Assembly (NCBI GenBank): GCA_013911195.1
Contig: JACETS010000001.1
Span: forward strand, 1 to 41,180
Length of the DNA: 41,180 nt
Origin: Verrucomicrobiales bacterium
Lineage (GTDB): Bacteria; Verrucomicrobiota; Verrucomicrobiia; Verrucomicrobiales; DEV007
Direction of reading: 5' to 3'
Positions 40,204-41,180 of this stretch are shown here, piece after piece. Made by a program: the position numbers and the translations under genes. The notes beneath the pieces are model-generated. The model had not been told where the DNA came from, made no database searches, and was given only the letters and a program-made list of their open reading frames with translations. Position 1 is the stretch's first letter. Each line of letters opens with the position of its first letter.

Positions 40204-41180
40204 ATGTTATTTGAATCAAAAGCTAGTAAATCAAAATTTCTCAAATTAACTGGTCTTTTAATTTTGAGTTTTGCTTCATTCTTTTTTGTTTCTTGTCAAG
40301 AAAACCTAAAAAAAGGAACTGCTGATATTAAATTGGAGCAGATTAGCGACGCATTAATGCCTAAACCTAGTCAATGGCTTGGTCATTTTGGCAGCAACAG
40401 AAATGGCATGTCAGCAGAGACTAATTTGAATCTTGATTGGTTTAATTCTGAGCCCAAACGTCTATGGAAAATTGAAATTGGTACAGGCGTGTCAGGTGTA
40501 TCTGGGTATGACGATCTTTTGTTTTCTATGGGAAACATGAATGATTCCGACATTGTTTATAGTATTGATGCCAAAGATGGATCAATTCTCTGGAAATATA
40601 GTTATCGCTGTCCCTTAGATAAAAGAATGTTTGAGGGGGGGCCAGCAGTAACGCCGCTAATCGATATCAAAAGGAATCAGATATATACATTAAGTCATGA
40701 AGGGAATTTAAATTGCATTGATGTAAAAACTGGAAATTTAAAATGGGAAACCTCATATAAATCTGACGCATTTAATGGAAGAAGACCAACCTGGGGGTTT
40801 GCCTGTTCACCGCTATTATATAATGAAGAGTTAATTGTTTCGCCTGGTGGTAGCCAGTCAGCAATTGCTGGTCTTAATCCAATTGATGGATCACTTAAAT
40901 GGAGTCACGGTAATAGCACTGTTGGGTATTCGTCGCCAATTACTTTTACCCTCTCAGGCTCAGATTACATCGCACAACTTAATTCAGATAGTCTTGCCCT
41001 ATATGATGTAGAACAAAACAAAATAATATCGACTATAGATTGGCGAACTAAATATGGTGTTAATGCTTCAATTCCTCTTTACTCAGATGGCCATATTTTA
41101 GTGTCTTCCGGCTATGGAAAAGGCGGGGCTCTTTTCAAAATTGATGACCAAAACCTTAACTTAGTCTATGAATCGAAAGA
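40204..41180 (+). CDS. PQQ-like beta-propeller repeat lipoprotein (BamB-like fold), 3'-truncated by the window end
   Basis: Not in the ORF track because it runs off the window. My translation from ATG 40204 is MLFESKASKSKFLKLTGLLILSFASFFFVSCQEN... (lipobox FVSC). It contains repeated propeller motifs: VYSIDAKDGSILWKY, LNCIDVKTGNLKWE, GLNPIDGSLKWS. The frame stays open to 41180. Confidence 0.6.
   Translation, partial: MLFESKASKSKFLKLTGLLILSFASFFFVSCQENLKKGTADIKLEQISDALMPKPSQWLGHFGSNRNGMSAETNLNLDWFNSEPKRLWKIEIGTGVSGVSGYDDLLFSMGNMNDSDIVYSIDAKDGSILWKYSYRCPLDKRMFEGGPAVTPLIDIKRNQIYTLSHEGNLNCIDVKTGNLKWETSYKSDAFNGRRPTWGFACSPLLYNEELIVSPGGSQSAIAGLNPIDGSLKWSHGNSTVGYSSPITFTLSGSDYIAQLNSDSLALYDVEQNKIISTIDWRTKYGVNASIPLYSDGHILVSSGYGKGGALFKIDDQNLNLVYESK

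Noticed and set aside
1-41180. A window-wide scan for tRNA/rRNA/tmRNA-like GC-rich structured segments, CRISPR-type regularly spaced repeats, IS terminal inverted repeats, integrase/transposase/phage genes and toxin-antitoxin pairs.
   Set aside because: None was seen. Every spacer over 90 bp was read on both strands. No spacer contains a tRNA-like T-arm (GGTTCGAATCC-type) sequence or periodic repeats, and all ORFs over 100 aa are accounted for by housekeeping or envelope proteins.

Overview
AT-rich (about one-third G+C by eye), very tightly packed bacterial chromosomal segment. It carries about 33 protein-coding genes. I see no rRNA, tRNA, CRISPR array, transposase, integrase or prophage hallmark. 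The content is mostly core housekeeping: a nagZ / DUF1343 (NamZ-like) peptidoglycan-recycling pair, rsfS-cinA, der-pgsA, a ksgA(rsmA)-Nudix fusion, thiG plus a SEDS protein, a prepilin peptidase, rplM-rpsI, purH-pdxJ, dnaG-rpoD and rplI-dnaB. Several lineage markers point to the PVC superphylum, most likely a low-GC Verrucomicrobiota: a 1498-aa ThuA / beta-propeller 'membrane-bound dehydrogenase' / HEAT / C-terminal CxxCH protein of the Pirellula-Verrucomicrobium type, a HEAT+DUF1080 protein, a LolA-like protein, a DUF5069-like protein, and near absence of Shine-Dalgarno sequences. That placement rests on remembered family distributions, not a search. No clear defence island or mobile element is present. 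The best candidates for something undescribed are: (i) an orphan 340-aa winged-helix + nuclease-like protein (10255-11277); (ii) a three-gene envelope operon (fused ABC half-transporter, CcmE-like single-pass OB protein without the haem motif, 645-aa helical periplasmic protein; 25535-29651) divergent from an AsmA-like gene; (iii) a sigma-70 carrying three AT-hooks ahead of region 1.1; (iv) a 338-bp non-coding spacer between the convergent nfeD-like gene and dnaB, where the six other convergent junctions have -12 to +6 bp. All assignments come from motif recognition by eye on the supplied translations, and none has been checked against a database.
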